From: Octopus vulgaris
Taxonomy: Eukaryota
Assembly (NCBI GenBank): GCA_951406725.2
Contig: OX597824.1
Location: forward strand, 61,938,001-62,002,000
DNA: 64,000 nucleotides
Direction of reading: 5' to 3'
Shown: one piece after another, positions 40,342 through 52,268 of the stretch
How positions within the stretch are numbered: the first letter of the stretch is position 1
Layout of the letters: every line of letters begins with the position of its first letter
The notes under the pieces: model-generated
What the model was told of the DNA's origin: nothing
Databases searched by the model: none
Seen by the model: only the letters and a program-made list of their open reading frames with translations
Translations under genes and position numbers: made by a program

Positions 40342-41904
40342 CATACATGTATATTTAAATATATATATACATATACACACATATATGTATGCATATATAA
40401 ATATATATATGCATCAGCAGTTAATTACTTCGTTTCATTTCTGACCTACATATGTTTCTACAACAATTAATGGACACTACAAAATTTACATCTTTATATC
40501 CATGTAATATTAATTGCCGCGTCTTCAAGGCGGAGTCAATAGCATCGTTCATATAGAATATAAATTAAATGCAAGTCAACCCGAAATCTATCATACAAGT
40601 GATGTTGTCATTGTTCCAAAAATGGCCTACATCCTAATCTTTTCAATTTTGATAGTTGAAATTTGGGTATATATATATATATATATATATATCTACATAC
40701 ATTTAAACAAAATTAAAGAGAATCAGGTCTGACGTTCGCCAGAGTGACATTATATGGCACATACTTAAATTCGATGTATGTTTTTTTTTTATTTTTAATT
40801 CGTTTATATATATTCACCCGCGGAAAGTATTAGTTTTTTTAGCATGTTGTAATAACACGATTCATCAATAAAATACACCGCTGAAACAGCTGTAGAGAGT
40901 GTGCCATTAGCTATCTGTTATTACTTGTTTACATAAATTCGCAATTCCGTTCAGCCCAGAGAGCTACAATTATAATGAATAACACTGTAGAACAAAGAGA
41001 ACACGAAATCAAAAAATTTGCATTCAGAAACAACATAAACGTATACATCATTCATCTGTTATAACGGTATCAGTACGGTTTTGATGTTTTGGCAGTATCA
41101 TTCCTTTATGCAGTGTCAGCAGCGTTAAGAACGTAGCGCTGCCTCGGAAATAATAGTCAAGAAACGGAGCGAAACATTATCGCAATTTTTGCTTTAGGTT
41201 TACATTAGTTTGTTATTACTAATACAGATATATGTAATATCAAATGTAATCGTTACACACCTATAGCTACAAATCATTGAAAATAAAACTGAAATGTAAA
41301 CAAACAGAGAAATATGAATATTGACATTGCAACAGTACGAATTATAAAAGTTTAAAAATAAAACATTTAAACACACTACAGAAATAAACTTAGTGAAAAA
41401 ATTGCTATTGAATGTATTCGTACACAAAATAACTGAACAGAGTATTTGAATATTGCCAATAGATAAAAGAAAAAGTAATAGCCTAAGAAATAATAAACGG
41501 ACAACGGCAAACACATAGATCAATTAGGAGACATAAACGCATAAACATTGTTATCTTACAGTCTGCGACACCTAATATATAAAATGCGCGAAAAGACAAT
41601 GATCGCATTTAAAAGCATCCAAACGTATACTCACGGGATAACATATTACTTTAACTACCAGGCATCAATCATCTTGAAACAACAGTTCATGAGAATAAAC
41701 CAATGTGGAGCTATGCAAATTTTACATATAAACCCTAATAATACCTAATACATTTAAATATTTCTACTTAAAAGCATGTAAATAATACAAGAATTGACAC
41801 AAAATCGTAACAAAAACTACTTAAAAGAGAGAACAGAATTAAAATGAACTAAATGTAAAACCCTTGCAATATCATACCACTTTAACTATCTGGTATCAAT
41901 AACC

Positions 41905-42106
41905 TGTGACATGGGAGTGCCATGATAGATCGCTAGCCACTACACTTTCTTTATTTTCTCTCCTTGTTTCTTTCTGTGTCCCTTTCTGTGGAAGAGCGTA
42001 GGCTCGTAACGTTAAAGAGTTTTTCACTTTCCGAGTGTTATACTAATACATCTTTTTGTTGTCTATACCACCTGTCTTCGCCTTTTTTGTGTGAATTATT
42101 CCCTCA
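41905..42106 (+). mobile_element. ~200-bp element with the atypical hammerhead-like motif (copy 2, motif 41982-42017)
   Basis: CTTT CTGTGGA A GAGC gtag GCTC GTAAC GTT AAAG; aligns with the reverse complement of 52082-52268; ends at (TA)n. Confidence 0.65.
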
Positions 42107-42119
42107 TATATATATATAT

Positions 42120-42909
42120 ATAATATGTACTTACATACATGACTAAACAGGGTTCGGGCGCCGCTATATATATTTGTATATGTAAAAAAATACAAACTGG
42201 GACAAGAACGTAAAACATTTAGAAGACGATACAAAAAACACGGAAAGGACATTCGAAGCCTTCAATCTTCAGTCAAGAACTGGATCATCCTCGCAATTTC
42301 GGCTGATTAATCTTGAGATTGCTCCGACCTGGCCAGCCCCAAAGAAAAATCTCCTCCTCCTTTGTTCCTTGTTCCCCTTCTTTCTCTCTTCCTCTGTCCC
42401 TCTTTTCCTCTCTCTTCTCCTCAAAACGTGACTAACTTTGGACTGCTGTCCTTCCTTTTCGTGGTTCGCAGCCGCCGAAGCTAGACACATTTTATTTCTC
42501 TCTTCGCCTCAAAGGCATTTTTCTAATGCGCCAGCTCAAGTTCACCCGTCCTGTCGAAAAGACGCCTGTCTGTGACGTCCTGTTTTTGTTATTATTATTA
42601 TCGTTATTGTTTTTACGTATTTTCATATTTTTATTCGTGTTATCATTATTATTTTAACGTATTTTTGTATTCTAATTCGTTCCCGTCCTTGTTTTGTATA
42701 CGTTCGAGGCTTTCTTCCAAGGAATCTAATGCGCTTGGCTTAGATTGGGGTTGGCCAGGTCGGAGCAATCTCAAGATTAATCAGCCGAAATTGCGAGGAT
42801 GATCCGGTTCTTGACTGAAGATTGAAGGCTTCGGATGTTCCGTCCGTGTTTTTTGTATCGTCTTCTAAATGTTTTGCGTTCTTGTCCCAGTTTGTATTTT
42901 TTTACATAT
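42120..42909. mobile_element. Foldback element: ~165-bp inverted arms around a ~400-bp pyrimidine-rich spacer, in (TA)n
   Basis: 42178-42342 is the reverse complement of 42745-42909; same family as 8282-8570. Confidence 0.85.
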
Positions 42910-42911
42910 AA

Positions 42912-42973
<62 letters not shown>

Positions 42974-43659
42974 TATATCATTCACCCACGGTAGTGAGTG
43001 AATAATAATCTTAAGGTCAAATTTTACTCACTCGCGGCGAGTTTAACGTTTTACCACACATTCAGTCATAGCTCAATCTTAATTCGATCTTTTGCACTAT
43101 GATGGGTAAGCTACATTTTGACATAAAATAATCGAAATTTGGTTCAATAGAGAAAGGATACTGTAAATGTAGGACCAAATTTGGGGAAAGTAACGCCTAA
43201 TATTTACTTTGACTCGTAATTTCTCAGTTCTTCAAATTATATCATTTTAAAAGATCTTGATGGAAACATTCTTCTGGTGAAGACCTGGTTAAAAGATATT
43301 AGAGAGAAAAAAGTTAATTTATATTTGCTGCAATATTTTAAGCTCTTTTCTTTTGTTTTAGGCGTAATTCTTGTCCTGTATTTTTCTAGGTTTATTAAAT
43401 GCTTAATAATATTACTATCCCTTCTTCAAAGTTTTATTCTAGTATACATATATGAATGTCTGTGTATGTGAGTGTATAAATGTGTGTGAACCTGACGTGT
43501 AAGACTAAAATCAATAAATAATGCAGTATCACGTTTCTTCGAGTTTTCTCAACTTAAATATCATATTTTGCCAATATTTCTAGCTAGTTTTATATGCATG
43601 TAAGCGATTTAATTTTCACGTGTGCCTATTATCCGTCCCATTACTATCATTATTATTAT

Positions 43660-44845
43660 TATAAAATAAAATATGGTCCGTTGTCTTCTGCTGAACCTGG
43701 GTCATCCCTTAACCCTTGGGTCACAGCGAGTCCTCATCTCATGGAGAGTACACGGCGTAAAATATGTGCGGAACCTAGTAACACTATTTTCGGAAGTCCC
43801 CACGTTAACACTGCAAGGGAGTTTGTTCAGCTGCTTATCAAGGCCCTTTTTTATTCGCCCTAACGCTCCAATCACCACTGGTGCTGTGTTGCTTTTCATT
43901 CTCCACATCTATTTCTTGGTCTTAGTACTTAAATAACTTCGAAATTTCTCTAATGGACACATTTCTCTCTGATGGTACTGATGGTACTATCATTAAGCAT
44001 TTTTTATTCTTCCCATCTTTGATGATTATATCAAGCCTGTTTGATTTGATTTCTTTATCGGTGTTGATTGGCATGTCCCAGAGTACTGTTACATCACCTT
44101 TTCCCGTCACAGTTTCACGTTTATACTGGTACCATCTTTCTTAAGTTGGAAGCTGGTAGAGTTTACATATCTTCCAATGGATATATTGCGCTACTCTATC
44201 GTGTCTATGAATATATTCGGTTTTTGCAAGCGCTGTGCATCCAGTCAAAATGTGGCCTCCTGTTTCATTCTACTCATGACACATTCTGCATTTCGGATCA
44301 GTGCCACCGTTTATTATTTTGTTTTGGTAATCCTTGTTTGCCAAGCGTTGATCTAGTGTTGCTATGATAAAACCGGTTTCAGCCTTCAGTCCTGAGCTCT
44401 TCATCCATACATGAGTGTCTCATTTTTCTACGTCTGGTTTGTTCACTCTACATTGGTATCGGCCATGCATCCGTTTTTCTTGCCATCATTTCTTTGCTCT
44501 TCTGGGTTACTTTCTCCCTCACCTTCATCCTAGGTTCCTCCGTCATCAGTTGTTTCTTAAACGGTATATCGAGTATAGCTGGATTATTTTATCATGCTGG
44601 TGCACAAGCTTCATTAGAGGATCTTTTGACTGCTCAAGATATGTATTTAATCCAGCAGTGGTGCTTTTGTAAGATAATTCTAATTGAGCTAGTGCCCTTC
44701 CTCCCTTGATTCTCGGTAAATAAATCCTGTTCACATCCACTTTTGGGTGATTCATTCGAGCCATGGTTAGTCGTTTTGCTGTCTTGGAGTCTAGCTTCTT
44801 TATTTCGCTCATTTGTCAGTTGATCATGTTCAAATTGTAAGCTAC
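43660..44845 (-). pseudogene. Decayed 3' part of an R4/Dong element
   Basis: LDSKTAKRLTMARMNHPK...YLPR..GGR, GLKAETG, LWDMPINTDKEIKSNRLDII, PVVIGALG; TAA-like tail at ~43650. Confidence 0.9.
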
Positions 44846-44849
44846 AATT

Positions 44850-44881
44850 GAGTAGTAGTAGTAGTAGTAATAGTAGTAGTA

Positions 44882-44965
<84 letters not shown>

Positions 44966-44973
44966 GTAATAAA

Positions 44974-45063
<90 letters not shown>

Positions 45064-45064
45064 T
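44850..45064. repeat. (TAG)n then (TAA)n microsatellite
   Basis: Direct reading. Confidence 0.95.
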
Positions 45065-45620
45065 AATGCCCTGATGCAGTACCAGGCAGTAGCTCTCATG
45101 CTTTGGATCTTAACTGATTGGAAGTGTTATCATGTACATTGTTTTGTCTTGGTATAAAAGATGGGCTACAGCAAATATTCTGCTGAATAGCACAGATTTG
45201 CTTGTCAGTTGTTTGACCGTAACCAGTTGAGCATGTTCATTAGTAGCTGACGATATGTGCATCTCTGATCATGAGCAGAAGTAGTGGGGGAGCATCATAG
45301 CCGTGTATTGAAATGAATTCTTACAGGTTTGGATAATTCACCTTTAGAACATGTGTGGTTCGTTCAACACGCTTAAGAAATCCATATTCAGGGACCTTTT
45401 GAGCGGAATGTTTTACTCGACCAGAAGAAAATTCTAACTCGGCCCCACCTGCATGGTCATGTGCTGTTTAACTTCTTATGGGATCAGCATGTCTCGCACA
45501 TATGATTGTGATGCATGTGCCTAGTATACTCTTATCAGACGGGTAGTCATGATGTGTATGCTGGGCTTCATATATTTTATCCTAGTGTCACTTTGATGGC
45601 ATGCACTGTTCTCTCACTCA
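45065..45620 (+). mobile_element. ~550-bp non-coding TAA-associated element, copy A
   Basis: Reverse complement of 49548-50098 over its whole length; (TAA)n on both sides. Confidence 0.85.
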
Positions 45621-45641
45621 ATAATAATAATAATAATAATG

Positions 45642-45695
<54 letters not shown>

Positions 45696-45701
<6 letters not shown>

Positions 45702-48551
45702 TACAATATGAAAACTATACTTGATATTGATGCCACCATAGAAACCATCAAACAAAAGGTATCTGCCAAAGCTGCCCGCATAGCGAGGTATGAAAAGCGT
45801 GTTAGATTTTTCAAGGACAACAACATGTTCAAAAATAACACCAAGAATTTTTACAGGAAGATAGGAAAAACAGCGTTTACTGCAGGGTCTGTACCATCAA
45901 AAGAAGAAGTGCAGAGATTTTGGAATAAAATCTGGGCAGAAGAAAAAACACACAACGAAAAGGCCCCCTGGATTGACAGAATATCTACAGAACTGGACCC
46001 CTTAGAAGAGCAAAAGTGGGAGGGTGTCAAGGTAGAAGATACAAGATCTGCTCTCAGGAGGTCAAGCAAATGGAAGTCTCCAGGAAAGGATAAAATTCCT
46101 AACTTCTGGCTGAATGCCTTCCCAGAGAGCCATGAACTGCTAACAGAACTGTACAATGATGTTTTGCAACACCCTAGTAGGATGCCTCCTTGGCTAGTTA
46201 ATGGGTTAACATTCCTGCTTCCAAAAAGTGAAGAAACAAATGAACCAAAAAACTATAGACCCATAACCTGCTTAACAACTATGTACAAAACACTAACATC
46301 TGTCCTGACGGAATATACCTATAGTTTTTTAACAGACAGCAGCATATTCCCTAATGAACAGAAAGGATGTAAACGTGGATCCTACGGCTGTAAAGACCAA
46401 CTACTCATCAATAAGATGATCTTAGAAGATTGTCACAAACGACACAAAAACTTATCAATAGCCTGGATAGACTATAAAAAGGCTTTTGATAGCCTACCAC
46501 ATAGCTGGATTAGGAAATGCCTTGAAATGTATAAGATAGCACCAACTCTGCGAAACTTCTTGACTGTAAGTATGAGATCATGGAGAACCACACTAACTCT
46601 GAACAGTGACAGTGAATCCCTAAATGCTGGTGATGTAAACATTTCGTGTGGCATTTTCCAGGGTGACTCACTGTCACCACTCCTCTTTTGTTTATCCTTA
46701 ATACCTCTCTCAAAGCTGCTCAATGACGCGCAGTACGGGTATAAAATGTTTGATAAAAATATAAATCATCTCGTTTACATGGATGATTTAAAGCTTTTTG
46801 CAAAAAATGATCAACAACTCAAGGGCTTACTAGCGATAGTCAAACAATTCAGTGACGACATCAGAATGCAATTCGGCCTCGATAAATGTGCAAAGGCTAC
46901 CTTTATCAAAGGAAAAATGACAGAAACATCTAACGTTAACCTTGACCAACAGAATGTCATAAAAGAACTAGACCCAGCGGAGAGCTACAAGTACCTAGGG
47001 GTAATTGAAGGGGACGGAATAAGGCATTCAGAGATGAAGGAAAGGATCAGGAGAGAATGCTATCGAAGAGTGAGAGCAATACTCAAGACAGAGCTGAATG
47101 CAAGAAACAGGATCGAAGCAATCAATGCATTAGCTATACCAGTCGTGACTTACAGTTTCAATATTGTTAACTGGTCAATTACTGAAATATGTCAGCTCGA
47201 CAGAAAAATAAGGAAACTGTTGACAATGCATAGAATGCACCACCCTAAGGCAGATACAGAACGACTCTATCTGCCAAGAAAAGAGGGAGGCCGTGGTCTT
47301 TTGCAACTGGCAATAACAATGAAGATTGCTACAATTGGCCTAGACACCTACCTGAATAACTCTGAGGACTGGATGCTAAAACTTGTCTCAAAACATGAAA
47401 ACAAGAAAGCATCATACTCAGTCACAAAACAGGCAAAGGAATATCTAAGTGAATTCCGAATACAACCAATTTCGGAATTAGAGATAGATATACAAGAAAC
47501 AAGCACAGAAAAAGCTAGGCGCATGAAAACCCGTGCCAAAACTGCGGCCTTAGATATTCTGAATAATAAATGGCAAGAAAAACCTCTCTATGGCAAATAC
47601 CCAAAGAGAGCGAATAATGCAGATATCGACAAAGCCCTGACCCATCAATGGCTAATGGCCTCTGGCTTAAAATCTGAAACAGAGGGGTTTATCATAGCAG
47701 CTCAAGATCAATGCCTACCAACAAGAAACTACCAGGCCAACATATTAAAGATCAGAAGCAGTCCAACGTGTCGTGTATGCAAGCAACAAAATGAAACCAT
47801 TGACCATGTGGTCTCCAAGTGCAGTTTTCTAGCGCCTACAGAGTATCTCAACAGGCACGATAGAGCTGCACAATATATTCACTGGGTAATCTGTAGAAAC
47901 CTGGATTTGCCCCATGAAAAAAACTGGTGGGAACACAAACCACCCCCAGTGCTTGAAAATGACCACATCTCACTCCTCTGGAACTTCACCATTCAAACTG
48001 ACAGGAAGATAGATGCAAATAGGCCAGACATCATATTGAAATACTTCAAACAAAGAACATGCCTCCTCATTGATATGACTGTCCCAATCAATATAAACGT
48101 ATCTGTCAAGACCTACCAAAAACTGAGCAAATATAAAGATCTTGAAATAGAAATCAGCAAAATCTGGAAGCTGAAGACTAAAACAATACCTGTTGTCATA
48201 GGTGCCCTGGGAATGATAGCAAAAGGGGCTGATAGCTACCTAACTCAGATACCAGGAAACCCAAAAATGGCAGAAGTTCAAAAGATAGTGCTCATGGGAA
48301 CTGCACATATCCTACGCAAAATACTCTCTAAGTAATCTCAAGGTTTAAAACAAACATAATTTTCGGTTTAAAAAAAAAAAAAAAAAACCTTTTTTTTTTT
48401 TTAGACATTCATTAGTACAACATCCCCACCCCCAAATATATGACACACTAGGCATAACAACAACATGAACTTCCAACCCTGTTGTCTCTTGAGGTCTCTG
48501 GGTGAGACTTGGAGCCAACTTGTACAAATATAAAGCAAAAGTCAAACATAG
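45696..48551 (+). mobile_element. 5'-truncated, young R4/Dong-clade retrotransposon inserted in (TAA)n
   Basis: Uninterrupted ORF plus ~215-bp 3' UTR, flanked by TAA arrays on both sides. Confidence 0.93.
45708..48335 (+). CDS. Reverse transcriptase + CCHC zinc knuckle + restriction-like endonuclease (R4/Dong clade), ~875 aa from the first ATG, N-terminus missing
   Basis: YRPITCL, WIDYKKAFDSLPH, GIFQGDSLSPLLF, YMDD, YKYLG, CRVC..H..C, RHD, NRPD..D..K..KY. The poly-Ile start in the track is translated TAA repeat. Confidence 0.93.
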   Translation: MKTILDIDATIETIKQKVSAKAARIARYEKRVRFFKDNNMFKNNTKNFYRKIGKTAFTAGSVPSKEEVQRFWNKIWAEEKTHNEKAPWIDRISTELDPLEEQKWEGVKVEDTRSALRRSSKWKSPGKDKIPNFWLNAFPESHELLTELYNDVLQHPSRMPPWLVNGLTFLLPKSEETNEPKNYRPITCLTTMYKTLTSVLTEYTYSFLTDSSIFPNEQKGCKRGSYGCKDQLLINKMILEDCHKRHKNLSIAWIDYKKAFDSLPHSWIRKCLEMYKIAPTLRNFLTVSMRSWRTTLTLNSDSESLNAGDVNISCGIFQGDSLSPLLFCLSLIPLSKLLNDAQYGYKMFDKNINHLVYMDDLKLFAKNDQQLKGLLAIVKQFSDDIRMQFGLDKCAKATFIKGKMTETSNVNLDQQNVIKELDPAESYKYLGVIEGDGIRHSEMKERIRRECYRRVRAILKTELNARNRIEAINALAIPVVTYSFNIVNWSITEICQLDRKIRKLLTMHRMHHPKADTERLYLPRKEGGRGLLQLAITMKIATIGLDTYLNNSEDWMLKLVSKHENKKASYSVTKQAKEYLSEFRIQPISELEIDIQETSTEKARRMKTRAKTAALDILNNKWQEKPLYGKYPKRANNADIDKALTHQWLMASGLKSETEGFIIAAQDQCLPTRNYQANILKIRSSPTCRVCKQQNETIDHVVSKCSFLAPTEYLNRHDRAAQYIHWVICRNLDLPHEKNWWEHKPPPVLENDHISLLWNFTIQTDRKIDANRPDIILKYFKQRTCLLIDMTVPININVSVKTYQKLSKYKDLEIEISKIWKLKTKTIPVVIGALGMIAKGADSYLTQIPGNPKMAEVQKIVLMGTAHILRKILSK

Positions 48552-48556
48552 AATAA

Positions 48557-48642
<86 letters not shown>

Positions 48643-48659
48643 TAATAATAGTAATAATA

Positions 48660-48892
48660 AAGGAATACTATAGGAGAATAAGGCTTGTACTGAAGACTGA
48701 ACTAACTCCAAAAATTGCATTGAGGCCATTAACACCCTGGCACTTCCAGTAGTCCAGTACAGTTTTAACATCATTAACTGGAATCTTACGGAACTCCAAC
48801 GCTTGGATCAGGAAGACAAGAAAGTTACTGACATCAAGAGCATGCACCACCCTGTACAACTTGTACAAATATAAAGCAAAAGTCAAACATAG
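48660..48892 (+). mobile_element. Internal fragment of another Dong subfamily joined to a 36-nt copy of the upstream element's 3' end
   Basis: KEYYRRIRLVLKTEL..NTLALPVVQYSFNIINW..MHHP; 48857-48892 is identical to 48516-48551. Confidence 0.85.
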
Positions 48893-48900
48893 AATAATAA

Positions 48901-48997
<97 letters not shown>

Positions 48998-49010
48998 AAG
49001 AAGAAGAAGA

Positions 49011-49205
49011 TTGTTAGGTGGTATGATTTCTTGTTTGTATTTGCCAAATTCCTTAAATAGTGAGAACAATTTTTTAAAATTTTAATCGTGTTTTGCTGCT
49101 ATTTGTATCAATCTTCCTTGCTTCTGAAGTAGGTATTTTTGCAGTTCCATGGTGGTTATTTTATAATAGTTTTCCAGCTTTATAAGGTATCTACTACCTT
49201 CTATT
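49011..49205 (-). pseudogene. Short internal Dong fragment in the opposite orientation
   Basis: GSRYLIKLENYYKITTMELQKYL...AAKH aligns with GGRGLLQL...KIATIGLDTYL...VSKH of the main ORF. Confidence 0.75.
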
Positions 49206-49547
<342 letters not shown>

Positions 49548-49548
<1 letters not shown>

Positions 49549-50098
49549 GAGTGAGCGAGCAGAGCATGCCATCAAAGTGACACTGGGGTAAAATATACGA
49601 AGCCCAGTATACCCATCATGACTACCCGTCTGATAAGGGTACACCAGGCACATGCATCACAACCATATGTGTGCGCCATGGTGATCTCATATCAAGATAA
49701 ACAGCACATGACCTTGCAGGTGGAGCCCAGTTAGAATTTTCTTCAGATCGAGTAACCCATCCCGCTCAAATGATCCCTGAATAAGGGTTGTTTAAGGACG
49801 TTGAACGAAACACCCATGTTTCCAGAGGTGAATTATTCAAACCCCAAAGAATCCCTCTCAACACATGGCTATGATGCTCCCCCACTACTTCTGCTCGTGA
49901 TCAGAGATGCACATATCGTCAGCCACTAAGGGACATGCTCATTTGGTTATGGTCAAACAACTGACAAGCAAATCTGTGGTATTGAGCAGAATATTTGCTG
50001 TAGCCCATCTTTTATACCAAGACAAAACAATGTACATGATAACACTTCCAATCAGTTAAGATCAGAAGCCATGAGAGCCACTGCCTGGTACTGCATCA
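49548..50098 (-). mobile_element. ~550-bp non-coding TAA-associated element, copy B
   Basis: Inverted homologue of 45065-45620; TTA repeats on both sides. Confidence 0.85.
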
Positions 50099-50748
50099 TT
50101 ATTTTGATTATTATTATTATTATTATACGCAATTATTCTTTGGTATTTTCATGCGTGTATCTACCACGTTACCCGTTTCCTCCCCATGTTCCTGAAGTAT
50201 GTGCAGCATTGTGTCATAATTTTTGCAGTGTCTGTTGGAACGTAGATTCATTCTCTGGCTGTACTTATCCAATTTCTTTTGTTATAGTGTTTAGTTACAT
50301 TCTTCTTTTCATATTACTCTGCACTCTGCTCTGTGTGGTGTGTAGAACGCGCCTTGTACTATATTATTGGGTCATCAGCTCGTATAGTATATGTTGCACG
50401 AGTCGTGTTATTTCAGGTTATTAGGTGCTTGTTGTATAAAGTTTGTGTTGGATGCTTTATGAGTTTCATGGGTATCTGAGTGGTCATGTTAAAATATCCG
50501 TGTGGTTTTACACGTTATTCTTTTATTTCCAATCAAAAATACAATATACAAAGCTATTAATTTGCCTGGCCATCAGTTAATATAAATTTACGTTCACTAA
50601 ACTCTATGATCTTATACCATTTATTGAAAATTCTTCTCCGTTCATTATCACAAAACCGATACAATTCAAAGTATATGTAGTGTGCGGTGAATAAATTGTC
50701 ATCTACATTACGCAAAAATGAAAATAACATCTCATTTAAACAGATATA

Positions 50749-51544
50749 CGAGGTCTGATCAAGAAGTATCTGGACTAGTGCCATAGTGGCGACGCTACAG
50801 CACGCAGAGTAAAGCCGCTTGGCATAGATTGACCCTGTACTCTACTCTGCATGCGCAAAAAGTAATGGAAAATCTAATGAAATATTGGAGAATGTGTGTA
50901 GCGTGTGATCGTCGCATTGACCATGACAGAGAAAGTTTTAATGGTGATACCCGCTCAGTGGCTTACGTGAAATCGCAGAAAGTGTATGGAGAGTAGTGTA
51001 TGAGCGCACACAGGTGAACGAGTGGTTCAGATGTTTCCAAGGTGGCCGAAAAATTGTCGATATTGACTAACGTTCTGGGAGACCCGCTACCAGTATAACT
51101 GAGAAAATTATCGCAGATGTTCGTGCAGCTGGGAGAGGAAATCTTCGAATCACCATCAGTTATCAGAGGATGTGTACATTAGTTACGGTTCAGTTCAGTC
51201 AGTTATCACTGAAAATTTGGGTGAGACGCGTTCCTGCCAAGTTTGTTCCAAAATTGCTTTCAGCTGAACAAATCACACCCGGGTTTCAGTTGCACAAGTT
51301 CTTCTTGTATCGAAAGTGACGAAAACTTTTCGAAATTTTGCGTAGGTCTCTGAGCAGGTACCGCAAAGCATTTGTCAAAATTTGATGCTGATTCCCTGCT
51401 CAACAGCGAAAGTGAGTTAGAACGTTAAAACTTGGTGCTCATGCACAGCAGATTTGAGAAGCAATCTGTGCTGAGCGGCTTTACTCTGCGTGCTTAATAT
51501 TCGTTACTATGGCAGCATTCCATATACTTATTGATCTGACCGAG
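50749..51544 (+). mobile_element. Non-autonomous mariner derivative with long (>100 bp) imperfect TIRs
   Basis: cgaggtctgatcaagaagtat... / ...atacttattgatctgaccg, TA flanks; QKVYGE..TQVNEWFRCF..RSGRPAT. Confidence 0.85.
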
Positions 51545-51589
51545 TATTTACCAAACTTACATAAAAATATCTCGAAATACTAAAGAGAA

Positions 51590-52050
51590 AATTTATTCAA
51601 TAAAATTGACTTCTACGTTTTGGAATTTCATGCAACTCTTCTGGACGGTCTCTTTGTATAAATTGGTGAATATCCTTGCCATAATCCTTGCTTTCAGTTC
51701 AAAGAGTTTTGTTGGTCTCTCGCTCAACTGCACCCCACACGTAATAATCAAGGGGGCTGGCGTCTGGGGAGCTAGGTGGCCAGATATTAGGTGTGCTGTA
51801 GTCGCAGAAATTTTCTGATAGACATGACTGTGTTCTCCTGCTACAGTGTGTAGTTTCCAAATTTCTAGCAGAGTGAAATGTGTCATGGTGCTATTCTTCT
51901 GAGAGACGATGCCCATCTGTCCTTACTGTACTATGCAGTTGGAATAGTCAAAAACAATGTGTATGCGCGAAGTTAAAAAGACTAAATGGCACTGCAATTA
52001 TGTTCGTTTCAGCACACTATTTCAGATCAAGTCACGTGCTATGCAAGTAC
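51590..52050 (-). mobile_element. Tc1/mariner-superfamily (maT/rosa-like) transposase fragment
   Basis: WPPSSPDASPLDYYVWG on the minus strand at ~51733-51782. Confidence 0.75.
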
Positions 52051-52081
52051 ATCTCCGTAATATATATATATGCATATATAT

Positions 52082-52268
52082 AGGGAGAATTCACAAAAAC
52101 AAAACAAAACAAGAGACGAAGTCAGGTGGTGTAGAGAACGAACAGATGTATTAGCTTAACACTCGGGAAGTGAAACAGTCTTTAACGTTTCGAGCCTAGG
52201 CTCTTCCACAGAAAGGAACACAGAAAGAAACAATGAGAATAAATGTGTAGTGGCTATCTATCAAGGCA
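52082..52268 (-). mobile_element. ~190-bp element with the atypical hammerhead-like motif (copy 3, motif 52180-52215), in (TA)n
   Basis: Minus strand CTTT CTGTGGA A GAGC ctag GCTC GAAAC GTT AAAG; TA repeats on both sides. Confidence 0.7.

Noticed and set aside
42980-43048. Imperfect small inverted repeat (agtgagtgaa / ttactcact)
   Set aside because: Short and degenerate; no TSD or second full copy identified
45639-45707. Poly-Ile N-terminus of the 898-aa ORF as a signal or TM segment
   Set aside because: It is the flanking (ATA)n target repeat read in frame
50130-50520. Possible GIY-YIG remnant on the minus strand (QHILYELM...KRRM)
   Set aside because: Similarity too weak to call by eye
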